Source: an uncultured Methanosarcinales archaeon
Lineage (GTDB): Archaea; Nanobdellota; Nanobdellia; Woesearchaeales; UBA12501
DNA length: 64,000 nt
Reading direction: 5' to 3'
NCBI GenBank assembly: GCA_964459835.1
Contig: CAYWPA010000001.1
Span: 1,601-65,600, forward strand
Shown here: positions 48,998 to 58,515 of the stretch, one piece after another
Layout of the letters: every line of letters begins with the position of its first letter
Numbering within the stretch: the first letter of the stretch is position 1
Made by a program: the position numbers and the translations under genes
Notes under the pieces: generated by a model
What the model was told of the DNA's origin: nothing
What the model saw: the letters and a program-made list of their open reading frames with translations, nothing else
The model's database searches: none

Positions 48998-50386
48998 ATG
49001 CTTAAAATACACAATACCCTTACAAAAAAAGACGAAGTATTCAAGCCTATTAAGAAAGGCTCAGTCAGCCTGTATACATGCGGCCCTACGGTGTACGACT
49101 ATGCCCATATAGGGAATTTCAGGGCAATGATATTCTATGATGTTGTGAGAAGATACCTTGAATACTCAGGGTATAAAGTAAAGCATATAATGAACATAAC
49201 CGATGTTGATGACAAAATAATAAAAGGATGCAAAAAAGAAAACAAATCACTGAAAAAGTTTACAAACTTCTATCTAAAGGCATTTGTTGATGACCTTAGG
49301 GCATTGAATATCGAGCAGCCTTATGCAATGCCGCTGGCAACAGAGCATATAAAGGAAATGATTTATATGATTAAAAAATTAAAGAAAAATGGCTTTACTT
49401 ATGAAAAAAATAATACAATCTATTTCAATATTTCAAAGTTTAAGAATTACGGAAAGCTTGCAAACATTGATCCAGAGCACCTTAAGGAAAATGCAGAAGG
49501 AAGATTGAATGAAGAAGATGAATATGAAAAGGAAAATATAAGGGACTTTGCATTGTGGAAAGCCCACAGCAAAGAAGACGGAAGCATATTTTGGGAGACT
49601 GAGCTTGGAAAGGGAAGGCCGGGATGGCATATTGAATGCAGCGCAATGGCTGTAAAGTATTTAGGAGAGACATTTGATATGCATTTGGGAGGAGAAGATC
49701 TGATGTTCCCGCACCATACTAATGAAATTGCGCAAAGCGAAGGCGCAACAGGCAAGAAATTTGTAAATTACTGGATGCATAATGCGCATCTATTGGTAGA
49801 CGGCAAAAAGATGAGCAAAAGCCTTGGAAATTTCTATACGTTGAGGGATTTGCTGGAGAAAGGCAGCAAGCCAACTGCCATAAGGTATCTTTTGTTGTCT
49901 GCACATTATAGGATTCCGCTAAATTTCACAGAGGAAAGCCTTAAGGCAGCAGAAGCCTCTGTCCAGAGGATAAATGACTTTGTTTTTGCCTTAAGGCATT
50001 ACAAAGATGGCGGAAAAGATGATTTTGATGCTGAAAAATACAGAAAAGAGTTTGAAAATGCAATGGACAATGACTTTAATGTTTCAGAAGCCTTGGCTGT
50101 TATTTTTGAAATGATTAAGGATGTAAATACTGCAATGGCCGGCAAAAAAATAAGCAGCAAGGCTGCAAAAAAAGTATTGGACTTGCTGCTGGGCTTTGAT
50201 AAAGTTCTTGGAGTTGTAAAGGAAGAGGAGAAAATTCCTAAAAATATTATTGATTTGGCTGAAGAAAGGGAAGAGGCAAGACAAAAAAAAGACTGGAAAG
50301 GCGCAGATAAATTAAGAGATGAAATAAAAAAGAAAGGATATATTATTGAAGATACAAAAGATGGATATGTCTTAAAGAAGGCCTAA
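48998..50386 (+). CDS. cysS: cysteinyl-tRNA synthetase
   Basis: Start set at MLKIHNTLTKKDEVFKPI (matches the CysRS N-terminus); HIGN (HIGH), KMSKS, Zn-binding Cys. Confidence 0.9.
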   Translation: MLKIHNTLTKKDEVFKPIKKGSVSLYTCGPTVYDYAHIGNFRAMIFYDVVRRYLEYSGYKVKHIMNITDVDDKIIKGCKKENKSLKKFTNFYLKAFVDDLRALNIEQPYAMPLATEHIKEMIYMIKKLKKNGFTYEKNNTIYFNISKFKNYGKLANIDPEHLKENAEGRLNEEDEYEKENIRDFALWKAHSKEDGSIFWETELGKGRPGWHIECSAMAVKYLGETFDMHLGGEDLMFPHHTNEIAQSEGATGKKFVNYWMHNAHLLVDGKKMSKSLGNFYTLRDLLEKGSKPTAIRYLLLSAHYRIPLNFTEESLKAAEASVQRINDFVFALRHYKDGGKDDFDAEKYRKEFENAMDNDFNVSEALAVIFEMIKDVNTAMAGKKISSKAAKKVLDLLLGFDKVLGVVKEEEKIPKNIIDLAEEREEARQKKDWKGADKLRDEIKKKGYIIEDTKDGYVLKKA

Positions 50387-50994
50387 ACAATTTTTCTTCT
50401 GGCAATCGTATGCCTCATAAACTCATCAACTTTAATAGGATCTTTTGTTTTGCTTGTGTAAACTATTTGTGGTTCCCGAACTCCAAACGGCCTATCGCTT
50501 GAAACATATGGCTCATCTTTGTAGGATTCAACAAATAAGTGTGCCCTTTTCTCTATGTCTGATTTTGAATGATCCAAAAGCCTGAAAATCACTGCCTTCC
50601 CTCCAAACCGCACGTCGGTATGGATGTTTAGGTCGTTATAAGCGCAGTCCACTAGCTCCTCATCTGATCTGGAAGTAAACAATGCATAATCAACAACATC
50701 TTTATGGAAAAAGTAATGCTGGTCCATTTCTTTGTCATAGAAGTGCTGAAACTGTGAGATTTCGGGCACTGTTAAAGAATATAATAAATCTGTTGCCTCT
50801 GCTAAAGTCAATTCCCTTACATCACTCTCAACTAATTTTAGCGGACCGGCTTTGAAATGCCTGTTCAGCTCAAGTGAAAGCTGACGGACTTCAGCGTTGG
50901 TGTCGGCCCTCACAGAAATCGGTATTAAAGGCATTTCTTTTTCTGCAATTTCTTCCAACGCCAATGCTTCTCTTATTGCTGCTCTTCTATTCAT
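50383..50994 (-). CDS. hypothetical protein
   Basis: 203 aa; 4-nt overlap with the cysS stop (convergent). Confidence 0.4.
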   Translation of the reverse strand: MNRRAAIREALALEEIAEKEMPLIPISVRADTNAEVRQLSLELNRHFKAGPLKLVESDVRELTLAEATDLLYSLTVPEISQFQHFYDKEMDQHYFFHKDVVDYALFTSRSDEELVDCAYNDLNIHTDVRFGGKAVIFRLLDHSKSDIEKRAHLFVESYKDEPYVSSDRPFGVREPQIVYTSKTKDPIKVDEFMRHTIARRKIV

Positions 50995-51039
50995 GCTTCA
51001 CCACACTATATGTTCTCTGAAACAACCACTATATAAACT

Positions 51040-53475
51040 TTACTCTATACCTACATAAACATCAAAGTTTGCGCATTTAATATCTGCCTTGCCTGAAAAT
51101 TCGATTTCTTTTGCCTTTGTTGTTGCTTTTAAATCCAGCATAAATTCATTTATCATCTTTCTGTGCTTGATGTCGCATTTGAGTTTGAGCTTTGAAAGCT
51201 CCGCATTGAGAGGCATGGTTTTGTCTGATTTGTATTTTCTTACAATGCTTATTATATCAACAAGCAAATCTCCTGCCTCTTCTGCATAAGCATCAGCCAT
51301 ATCTTTTTCATGAACAGGCCAGCTGCTTATATGAATGCTTGCTTTTTTCTCTTTCTCCGCAAAATACATGCGATAAATAGCTTCAGTTATGTGCGGCATT
51401 ATGGGGGCCATTAGTTTTAAAACACCTAAAATTGAATGATAAAGAGCAAACTGTGCTGACTTTCTTTTATCCTCTCCATAATCTTTTGGATTGTACAGCC
51501 TTGCTTTTGAAATCTCCAGATAATTGTCGCATAAAGTATGCCAGAAAAATGTTTCTGTCTCTAATTTTGTTTTAGAATATTCATATCTTTCAAAGCTTTC
51601 TGTTGCAGATTTTATTATTTTATGCAGCTTAGATAAAATCCACTTATCTGTAATATAAAGCTCTGGCTTTTCCAAATCAAAATCTTTCATATGCATGATT
51701 CCGAATTTGGAAGCATTCCATAGCTTGACGATCATCTTGTTTCCTGTAACCAAATCCTTTTCCTGATATGGGAGGTCATCTCCAAGTGTGCTTCCTGCTG
51801 CCCAGAAACGAAGCGCATCTGCGCTGTATTTTTTCAGAACCTCCAAAGGATCAACAACATTCCCCTTTGACTTGCTCATCTTTCTTCCATGTGGATCAAG
51901 AGCATGGCCTGCAATCATTATGTTTTTCCAGGGAACATCTCCATTGTTGTAAAGCCCTTTGACAATCGTATAGAATGCCCATGTTCTTATTATATCGTGT
52001 GCCTGGAATCTTACAGACATTGGAAACATTTTTTCAAAGCTGACATCATAATAGAAATCCTTTGTTCCTGCCCAGTTCAGTGCAATCTGCGGCGTTAAAG
52101 AAGACGTTGCCCATGTGTCCATGATATCTTTCTCAGGCGCTAAATCATCCAGATTGCCGTCGTAATGCTTTGGCTTGCTGACAGCAGGGTCAACAGGCAA
52201 TTCATCCTCTTCAGCAACAACAATCTCGCCTGTTTTTTTGTTATACCATACAGGAAACGGAACTCCAAAATGCCTCTGCCTTGAAATGCACCAGTCCCAG
52301 TTCAGGTTTTCAACCCAGTGAACATACCTTACTTTCATAAATTCCGGATACCACGTAATCCTGTCGACAGCCTCAATAAGCTCCTGCTTTTTGTCAAGAA
52401 TCTTAACATACCACTGCTTTGTCTTCAGGAATTCCAATTCTGTTCCGCATCTTTCGTGGACACTGACTGCATGCTCAATGTCTTTCTGCGCAATCAATAA
52501 GCCTGCTTTTTTCAAATCCTCAATTATCTGCTTTCTTGCATCTTTCAGAGAAAGTCCTTTGTATTTTCCAGCATTCTCATTCATCTTCCCGTTTTTTTCA
52601 ATAACAACTTTCAAAGGAAGATTGTGCTTGTGCCACCATTCAATGTCTGTCTTGTCTCCAAAGGTGCAGCACATTACTATTCCTGTTCCTTTTTCTGGAT
52701 CTGCTTTTTCATCTGCAATTATAGGAACTTCATAATCAAATAATGGGACTTTTGCAAACTTTCCAAACAAACTTTTGTATCTTTTGTCAGAAGGATGCGC
52801 AATAACAGCAACGCATGCTGATAACAGCTCTGGCCTTGTTGTTGCAATAACAATATCCTTTTCACCAACCTTGAATATTATATCGTTGAAGGATGATCTC
52901 ATGTCAATGCTTTCAAACTCTGCCTGCGCAATTGCAGTCTGGCAGTGTGTGCACCAGCTTATAGGGGTTTCTTCCTGATAAACCCTTCCTTTGTGATAAA
53001 GGTCAATAAAGGATTTCTGGGAAGTCTTTACACAATGAGGGTCAATAGTAGAGTATGCGCCTGTAAAGTCGCATGAAATAGCAAGGTCTTTCCACGACTG
53101 GATAAAGTCTTGCTTTATTTCGCCCAAAGTTTTGACGCAGAGCTTTACAAACTCATCTCTTTGCATATTTGTAGATTTGACATTCTTCAGCTTTTCCACA
53201 AGCCTTTCTGTAGGCAAGCCATTATCATCTGTTCCATAAGGATAAAAAACTGCTTTACCCCTCATCCTTTGGAACCTTGCTATAAAATCCCCTTGCGTAT
53301 AGGAAAAAGCATGGCCAATGTGCATCTGGCCTGAGACAGTTGGTGGAGGGGTGTCTATGCTATAGACTTCTTTGCCTTTTGGGTTGAACTTGTAAATATT
53401 ATTCCTCTGCCAAAACTGCTGAATCTTCTTTTCCTCTACTCGAGGATCATAGTTTTTCTGTTGCTCTGGTTTCAT
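51040..53475 (-). CDS. valS: valyl-tRNA synthetase
   Basis: PPTVSGQMHIGHAFSYT and KMSKSKGN. Confidence 0.95.
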   Translation of the reverse strand: MKPEQQKNYDPRVEEKKIQQFWQRNNIYKFNPKGKEVYSIDTPPPTVSGQMHIGHAFSYTQGDFIARFQRMRGKAVFYPYGTDDNGLPTERLVEKLKNVKSTNMQRDEFVKLCVKTLGEIKQDFIQSWKDLAISCDFTGAYSTIDPHCVKTSQKSFIDLYHKGRVYQEETPISWCTHCQTAIAQAEFESIDMRSSFNDIIFKVGEKDIVIATTRPELLSACVAVIAHPSDKRYKSLFGKFAKVPLFDYEVPIIADEKADPEKGTGIVMCCTFGDKTDIEWWHKHNLPLKVVIEKNGKMNENAGKYKGLSLKDARKQIIEDLKKAGLLIAQKDIEHAVSVHERCGTELEFLKTKQWYVKILDKKQELIEAVDRITWYPEFMKVRYVHWVENLNWDWCISRQRHFGVPFPVWYNKKTGEIVVAEEDELPVDPAVSKPKHYDGNLDDLAPEKDIMDTWATSSLTPQIALNWAGTKDFYYDVSFEKMFPMSVRFQAHDIIRTWAFYTIVKGLYNNGDVPWKNIMIAGHALDPHGRKMSKSKGNVVDPLEVLKKYSADALRFWAAGSTLGDDLPYQEKDLVTGNKMIVKLWNASKFGIMHMKDFDLEKPELYITDKWILSKLHKIIKSATESFERYEYSKTKLETETFFWHTLCDNYLEISKARLYNPKDYGEDKRKSAQFALYHSILGVLKLMAPIMPHITEAIYRMYFAEKEKKASIHISSWPVHEKDMADAYAEEAGDLLVDIISIVRKYKSDKTMPLNAELSKLKLKCDIKHRKMINEFMLDLKATTKAKEIEFSGKADIKCANFDVYVGIE

Positions 53476-53540
53476 AAAAAGATATAAGAAGGAATTTTGT
53501 TTTTAAAGCTTTTGTAATTACACTATACTTATCTATATGC

Positions 53541-53762
53541 TTATCTATCGTTATGTTGTAGGTTGCTATCAGTTGAATTTGATTCTTCTGGCTCTTTTTC
53601 TTCTTGGATGTCCTTTACAGAGAAGGTAGTGATGTCTTGCTCTTTGGTTATTGAATCTGTAGTGTCCTTTACACTGGTTATTATATTTAAAGAAGCTATA
53701 AATGATATTATAATAAATAAAGTAATTAGGGAAATAACTGTTATGGTGCTAAGTTTTGCCAT
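53541..53762 (-). CDS. small membrane-anchored acidic protein
   Basis: N-terminal TM; 73 aa. Confidence 0.35.
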   Translation of the reverse strand: MAKLSTITVISLITLFIIISFIASLNIITSVKDTTDSITKEQDITTFSVKDIQEEKEPEESNSTDSNLQHNDR

Positions 53763-53844
53763 TGTTACTTTTCTTAACCCTCATTAGTTTGATAAATATA
53801 TAAATATTTCTATTGTGCTGCAACCTGTTCTGTCCTCATGCGCT

Positions 53845-54537
53845 TTAGCTCATTATGCCATGCCAGATTAAGAAAACCTTGTCTGTTGCCTTCAGAATTT
53901 CCAGGCCTCGTCCCTGTATCACAAGGCAATTGTCCTTTAATTTTACTGCTGTGAGGTTGCCCTGGTTGATGTATATTATTGGCGCTCCTTTGTAAGAGCA
54001 ATCAACTATAGGCGCTCCTTTGCACGCATCTGTATCATTCTTTGTGCACGCTGCTGTTGGATGGATGCCTTCCACTTTCCTTAATGTTGTTGTAATATCT
54101 GCTGCTGCTAATGCTACGTAGCTTAGATTTTCTTCAGTTGGGTCAAATGTCAGATATGTCCTGTTTCCAAAATCCCATGACATGTTGAGGAAATTACCTA
54201 CATCTCCTTCAACAGGAACAAGCTCAAGGTCATAAGGAGAATACCTTAGCTCAATATTATAAAGTGTTGTTGCTCCTTTTGGAAGAACCTGAGTGTACCA
54301 CCTGTCATTGACTCTTACAAAGCTGAAGCCGCTGTACATATAGCCATCTTCTGGGTCAAGCTTTCCTTCTATGTTTTCCAAATGAAGATCGTTAATTGTT
54401 TTTACATTAGGCTTTAATATAGTATTATATCCAACAATTATAAGCGCAAAAAAAACAACTAGTATAAGTATTGCCAGCATTAAATTCCTGAAGCTGTCAT
54501 CTTTTTTCTTTTTATTTTCTATCTTTTTCTTTGCCAT
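53845..54537 (-). CDS. membrane-anchored extracellular protein (tandem paralog A)
   Basis: Basic N-terminus, TM, then a domain sharing DPTEENLS/NPEEENLE, a conserved Cys pair and an LIWHGIM/LYMKFGVI ending with 54537..55166. Confidence 0.45.
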   Translation of the reverse strand: MAKKKIENKKKKDDSFRNLMLAILILVVFFALIIVGYNTILKPNVKTINDLHLENIEGKLDPEDGYMYSGFSFVRVNDRWYTQVLPKGATTLYNIELRYSPYDLELVPVEGDVGNFLNMSWDFGNRTYLTFDPTEENLSYVALAAADITTTLRKVEGIHPTAACTKNDTDACKGAPIVDCSYKGAPIIYINQGNLTAVKLKDNCLVIQGRGLEILKATDKVFLIWHGIMS

Positions 54538-55166
54538 TATTCTATAACCCCAAATTTCATGTATAATATCCTATCCCTTATAAGCGTAAAGTCATAAGGA
54601 GTAGATGCCTGTGCAACAATGCAGTTGTTTTCAAGGGAAATTTTTGTTTCGTTTCCTGTTTTTAACAGCAGTACTGGAATATACATTGTTGCATTTATGC
54701 ATTCAATTTGCGGAAGCGCGTATGTCGTTGTGTTTTTTGTCATGCCGCTTGCTATGTAAACATTTCCATTCTCCATCATTATCCTTGAGACATCAAACCT
54801 CACCAAGTCAATAGGCTCAAGGTTTTCTTCCTCAGGATTAAAGGTGATGTAAAGCTGCCTTGCTGCCGTAAGCCTTCTTGCGGCTTCTGGGTCAAAAGGG
54901 ATATTTTCTGCAGCTGCCGGAGGATTGTAGAACTCTATGACTTTTCCGTCAATTTCAATTCCCCACTTGGTTGTGCCTGGAAGCTGCACAAGCTTGAACC
55001 CTTTATAGATTTCTGTTGTTTCAGAAGGCGAATAAATAAACCCGATTGCAGACAGAGTCATTATAGCTATGATAAATATTGCAAACCACGCTTCTTTGGA
55101 AATGCCTTTTTTCTTTTCCTCTATAGGCTCCTGCCTGCTGTATTTTGAGCGCTTGAATTTTTTCAT
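54537..55166 (-). CDS. membrane-anchored extracellular protein (tandem paralog B)
   Basis: See paralog A. Confidence 0.45.
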   Translation of the reverse strand: MKKFKRSKYSRQEPIEEKKKGISKEAWFAIFIIAIMTLSAIGFIYSPSETTEIYKGFKLVQLPGTTKWGIEIDGKVIEFYNPPAAAENIPFDPEAARRLTAARQLYITFNPEEENLEPIDLVRFDVSRIMMENGNVYIASGMTKNTTTYALPQIECINATMYIPVLLLKTGNETKISLENNCIVAQASTPYDFTLIRDRILYMKFGVIE

Positions 55167-55232
55167 ATTCTGGCAGTATTATAGTTATTTATAAGTTTTA
55201 TGCTAAATAGATAAGCCAGGCAAGTGTTGCAT

Positions 55233-55331
55233 GCCAATGCTGCGCTCTGTTCGCTTCTGTTTTTTGATATCGCAATCGATAATCTTTCGCAACAGCTTCC
55301 TTACTGGAACACGTCGCTTGGCAGCATTGGC
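55233..55331 (+). repeat. TIR-bounded short repeat element, copy 2 (MITE-like)
   Basis: Same conserved termini as 48838..48940; the internal sequence differs. Confidence 0.6.
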
Positions 55332-55393
55332 GTTTAACCTGGCTTAATCTGCTAAACAATATATTTATATAAGCTTCACAGCCCGTATATTGT

Positions 55394-55477
55394 ATGGCGG
55401 CGATAATAAAGCTTGAAAATGTCTGGAAAATATACCAGATGGGAGAGGTGCAGGTTGAGGCATTGAGGTATGAGTAA
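55394..55477 (+). pseudogene. ABC transporter ATP-binding protein N-terminal remnant
   Basis: The 27-codon ORF MAAIIKLENVWKIYQMGEVQVEALRYE* matches the canonical start of ABC ATPases, then stops; no Walker A follows. Confidence 0.4.
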
Positions 55478-55531
55478 TAATTTATAAGTAAATAAGCAAA
55501 AATTATAAAGAATAGAAAGAAATGGAGAAAA

Positions 55532-55768
55532 ATGAAATACAAAGATATGAAGCATACGCTTGAAGGGAAGATTTCTTACCACTTGCATCACTTTTCAAAT
55601 TCCCTGATTGCTATTGCAGTAATAAAGATGTTCACTTTAATCCTTTTTCTTCTTGTAAGAGTTCATTTAATTTCAGGATACACATGGTTTGCCCTGCTCA
55701 TAGTGTTCTATGCTGCAAGCATAACATACCATGAGATATACAAAACTGAAAAGAAAGCAAAGAGTTAG
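55532..55768 (+). CDS. small membrane protein
   Basis: 78 aa, 2 TM. Confidence 0.35.
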   Translation: MKYKDMKHTLEGKISYHLHHFSNSLIAIAVIKMFTLILFLLVRVHLISGYTWFALLIVFYAASITYHEIYKTEKKAKS

Positions 55769-55796
55769 TAAAAAGAAAAAAATAAATAAAAATTTC

Positions 55797-56192
55797 TTAA
55801 GCAAAGTATACAAGAACAGCTGACATTGCTGCTATTGAAGCTAAGCTTCCTCCTGCGTGCAGTGCAAACAGCTTAGGATCTTCTCCTCCCCATATCACTC
55901 CGCCAATCTCTGTTGTTGCCATGAATCCAAGCCATATCCATGCTGCTGTTTTAATGCCTGCATTAAGTGTTGATGCTCCTGTAAGGAACTTTGCAAGAAC
56001 AAAAGCCATTACTATTGCCACGATAAAGCCCTGCACAAAGGCCTTCTTTGGATGTGCAGCATCTTTTGGCTTCATCTTTGAAAGCTTCATAAACTGCTTC
56101 CCGAACAGAACTGGAGAATACCATATGCTTCCAACAATCATGCTGGCAACAGCCGCAAGCAATATTGCTGTCCAATTTGCGTACATTAACAT
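55797..56192 (-). CDS. DUF1761 family membrane protein
   Basis: N-terminal NWTAILLAAVASMIVGSIWYSP signature. Confidence 0.5.
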   Translation of the reverse strand: MLMYANWTAILLAAVASMIVGSIWYSPVLFGKQFMKLSKMKPKDAAHPKKAFVQGFIVAIVMAFVLAKFLTGASTLNAGIKTAAWIWLGFMATTEIGGVIWGGEDPKLFALHAGGSLASIAAMSAVLVYFA

Positions 56193-56207
56193 TTTGTCTA
56201 CCTCCTC

Positions 56208-57209
56208 TTAGTTGACTTTACATAGCTTAATATGCTGCATTTTATTAATGTATTGCTCAAGCTTTGCTTTTATCTTTTGTTTTAATTCAACTTCAACATC
56301 TAATTTATTGATTTCATGATCAATACCAATTTCAGGCATTTTTGTCAGGGTTCCTAAAAACTCCCTTCCGGCAAGCTGCGCCTGCTTTTCTATTTCTTTT
56401 GCCATTTCTGTATTGAATTTTCTTATTGTAGGAAATTTTGATATTGAGTTTGCTCCTGCTTTCAGCAATAATGAGACCCTTTCAGGCCTGTCTTCCCATA
56501 TGCCGCACTGAATATCAAGCTTTGGAAAAGCTATCCTTGTTCTTGCAATCCACTCTGCCTGATACTCTGCAGAAGGCAGAGGGGAATTTTCAAAAACAGT
56601 TCCTTTCTGCGGCACAAGGCTGTAAATATGGATTTTTGATATGTTATTCTTTTTTATAAAATCACAAAGCAGCGGAAAATCATTGATGTTTTCCCCGAGC
56701 CCAAGAATCAAGGTCATTGCGCATTCCACGCCAATATCTTTTGCATTTTTGAACATGATTTCATACGGCAAAGTTGGCTTTGACGGGCAAATTTCTTTGT
56801 GCAGCTCTGGGTTTACAGTTTCTATAGAGCCTACAATTCCTTTTAAATATGGCTTGTATTTTTCAAGTGATACTTTTGGTGTTGGGCCTATGTTCAGCCA
56901 TATTTTTTTCCCAAGAATTTTGTTGATAGTTTTAAGCATGAACAGTATTTCTTCCTCGCTAAAAACACCTATGCCTCCTGAAAGAAATCCAAAGTCCCAG
57001 CCGAGCTTTTTGCACAGGATTGTTTCTGCAAAGATTGACTCATAGCTTCTCCTTGCCTCCTTAAGGCTTTTTGCCTCCACAGTCGACATATAGCAGAATG
57101 TGCAGTCTTTAATTGCGCAGCTCCAGCTGAAGAAAACAGCTCTTTCAAAAACAGCTGTTTGCGGAAAGTTTGCAGCGAAAACTTTGTTTGCCTGGCTTAT
57201 TATTTCCAT
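56208..57209 (-). CDS. radical SAM domain protein (BioB/HydE-like)
   Basis: SCAIKDCTFC (Cx4Cx2C variant) and LILGLGEN glycine motif. Confidence 0.5.
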   Translation of the reverse strand: MEIISQANKVFAANFPQTAVFERAVFFSWSCAIKDCTFCYMSTVEAKSLKEARRSYESIFAETILCKKLGWDFGFLSGGIGVFSEEEILFMLKTINKILGKKIWLNIGPTPKVSLEKYKPYLKGIVGSIETVNPELHKEICPSKPTLPYEIMFKNAKDIGVECAMTLILGLGENINDFPLLCDFIKKNNISKIHIYSLVPQKGTVFENSPLPSAEYQAEWIARTRIAFPKLDIQCGIWEDRPERVSLLLKAGANSISKFPTIRKFNTEMAKEIEKQAQLAGREFLGTLTKMPEIGIDHEINKLDVEVELKQKIKAKLEQYINKMQHIKLCKVN

Positions 57210-57296
57210 TTTCCTCGGTATAGAAATAGCTTGTATTTATTTCTTTGTAAAAGTCGTTTTACAGCAACAATTATTGTTGCTTGCTACTGCTGATCA

Positions 57297-57500
57297 TTAT
57301 TGGTTTTTATTATTTATGCTAAACAAGTTGTGAAGAAGGCACCAACCAATAAAACTTTCAATCAATGCAATCCAGCCCGCAACCATAACCAATACATTAG
57401 CCCAATCTGCAGCAAACTGCAGTTTCCATGGCCCAAGCCACCAGAAGGCCAATGCAAACCTGAAAATTCTGTCAAGCTTACCTAAGTTTTGGCTCACCAT
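57297..57500 (-). CDS. DUF2892 (YgaP-like) small membrane protein
   Basis: NLGKLDRIFRFALAF ... GWCLLHNLF. Confidence 0.5.
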   Translation of the reverse strand: MVSQNLGKLDRIFRFALAFWWLGPWKLQFAADWANVLVMVAGWIALIESFIGWCLLHNLFSINNKNQ

Positions 57501-57533
57501 TTTATCACCTTTTTATATATGCTATATTAATAT

Positions 57534-57836
57534 TTATATCCAACCTTTTCTTTTGCAATGCGCAACACATTTGTTGTATACAAAACCATAAATGACCCCT
57601 GTAATGTAAAAGAAGATAATGACTTTGATAAGTCCATTAAAGAATGTGCCAAACGTTAGTTGTGGTGCTATAAAAAGGCTTCCAATATCAATGCCGTGAA
57701 ACCAATCACTAAAAAACCTTACAGTCTGAGTTGGCCATAAAAAAACAAACAACGCGCATATTGAGTAAACCATACCTGCTGTAATACCAAGTGCAATGCC
57801 TGTTGGATGTGTATAATGCAAAGTTGTTTTGCTCAT
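57534..57836 (-). CDS. membrane protein
   Basis: Start moved to MSKTTLHY because the upstream part of ORF 57534..57992 translates the tRNA gene. Confidence 0.45.
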   Translation of the reverse strand: MSKTTLHYTHPTGIALGITAGMVYSICALFVFLWPTQTVRFFSDWFHGIDIGSLFIAPQLTFGTFFNGLIKVIIFFYITGVIYGFVYNKCVAHCKRKGWI

Positions 57837-57934
57837 TTTTTGTTTATTATTTTTCTTATTTATTATATACCACATATATGTACTGTTGGAGTATATAAAT
57901 GTTTTTAAGATAGTTGATGGATCAAATGATTCAA

Positions 57935-58006
57935 AGCCTCCGATGGGATTTGAACCCACAACCTTTTGCTTACGAAGCAAATGCTCTACCATTGAGCTAC
58001 GGAGGC
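57935..58006 (-). tRNA. tRNA-Thr (anticodon CGU)
   Basis: Minus-strand sequence GCCTCCGTAGCTCAATGGTAGAGCATTTGCTTCGTAAGCAAAAGGTTGTGGGTTCAAATCCCATCGGAGGCT; cloverleaf with anticodon loop TTCGTAA. Confidence 0.85.
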
Positions 58007-58011
58007 AGTGC

Positions 58012-58167
58012 TCAAAGCTCTTTCAAGATTGTGGTCTTGTCTTTAAATTTTTTCTGGCATGCATGGCAGACTGTGTGCTTCTTTCCTTTCTTATCTTTTA
58101 TATATGTCCCAATAATTTTATTCAGAAAGGTCTCTTCAATCTTTGCTTTGCATATCTCGCATTTCAT
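58012..58167 (-). CDS. small zinc-ribbon protein (51 aa)
   Basis: Not in the ORF track; MKCEICKAKIEE...HTVCHACQKKF. Confidence 0.4.
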   Translation of the reverse strand: MKCEICKAKIEETFLNKIIGTYIKDKKGKKHTVCHACQKKFKDKTTILKEL

Positions 58168-58188
58168 TTTAAAACAGCTTAAGCTTTG

Positions 58189-58437
58189 TTAGTTTTTTAG
58201 CTTTACAAGCTCATCATAAAGCTTTCTGCTCTGCTCCATGACAAACTGGCTTTTTGTTGTATCCATTATTGCCTTAAGAAACAAAATGTGCTCTGTAACC
58301 TGCATCCTGTCACTGTATCCTTTCTTCAGGAGCCTTCTTATTTCCTCAAGGCTTTGTATATTGTAGTCGTCTATGCTGAACTCTTCAGCGTATCCAAAGG
58401 CATTTGCAAACATGCTGTGCTTCATGCATAGTGGCAT
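58189..58437 (-). CDS. hypothetical protein
   Basis: 82 aa. Confidence 0.35.
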   Translation of the reverse strand: MPLCMKHSMFANAFGYAEEFSIDDYNIQSLEEIRRLLKKGYSDRMQVTEHILFLKAIMDTTKSQFVMEQSRKLYDELVKLKN

Positions 58438-58515
58438 TTTTAGGGTGTTTAAAAAGTTTCCCTTATAAGCGTAAAACCCAAAAGATTTAATAATATAGCC
58501 TTATGAAGCAAAAGC

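Noticed and set aside
48789-49112. ORF 48789..49112 (+) and ORF 55198..55542 (-)
   Set aside because: Both read straight through the repeat elements and the cysS upstream region. They have no coding features and disagree with the well-supported cysS start at 48998.
57229-57245. 17-bp perfect palindrome GCAACAATTATTGTTGC between the radical SAM gene and the DUF2892 gene
   Set aside because: A single copy, followed by a T-run on the minus strand. It is most simply an intrinsic-like terminator or transcript-end hairpin for the DUF2892 gene and not a distinct element.
57837-57992. N-terminal extension of ORF 57534..57992 (MVEHLLRKQKVVGSNPIGG...)
   Set aside because: It is the translation of the tRNA-Thr gene on the same strand. 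The real CDS most likely starts at the internal MSKTTLHY.
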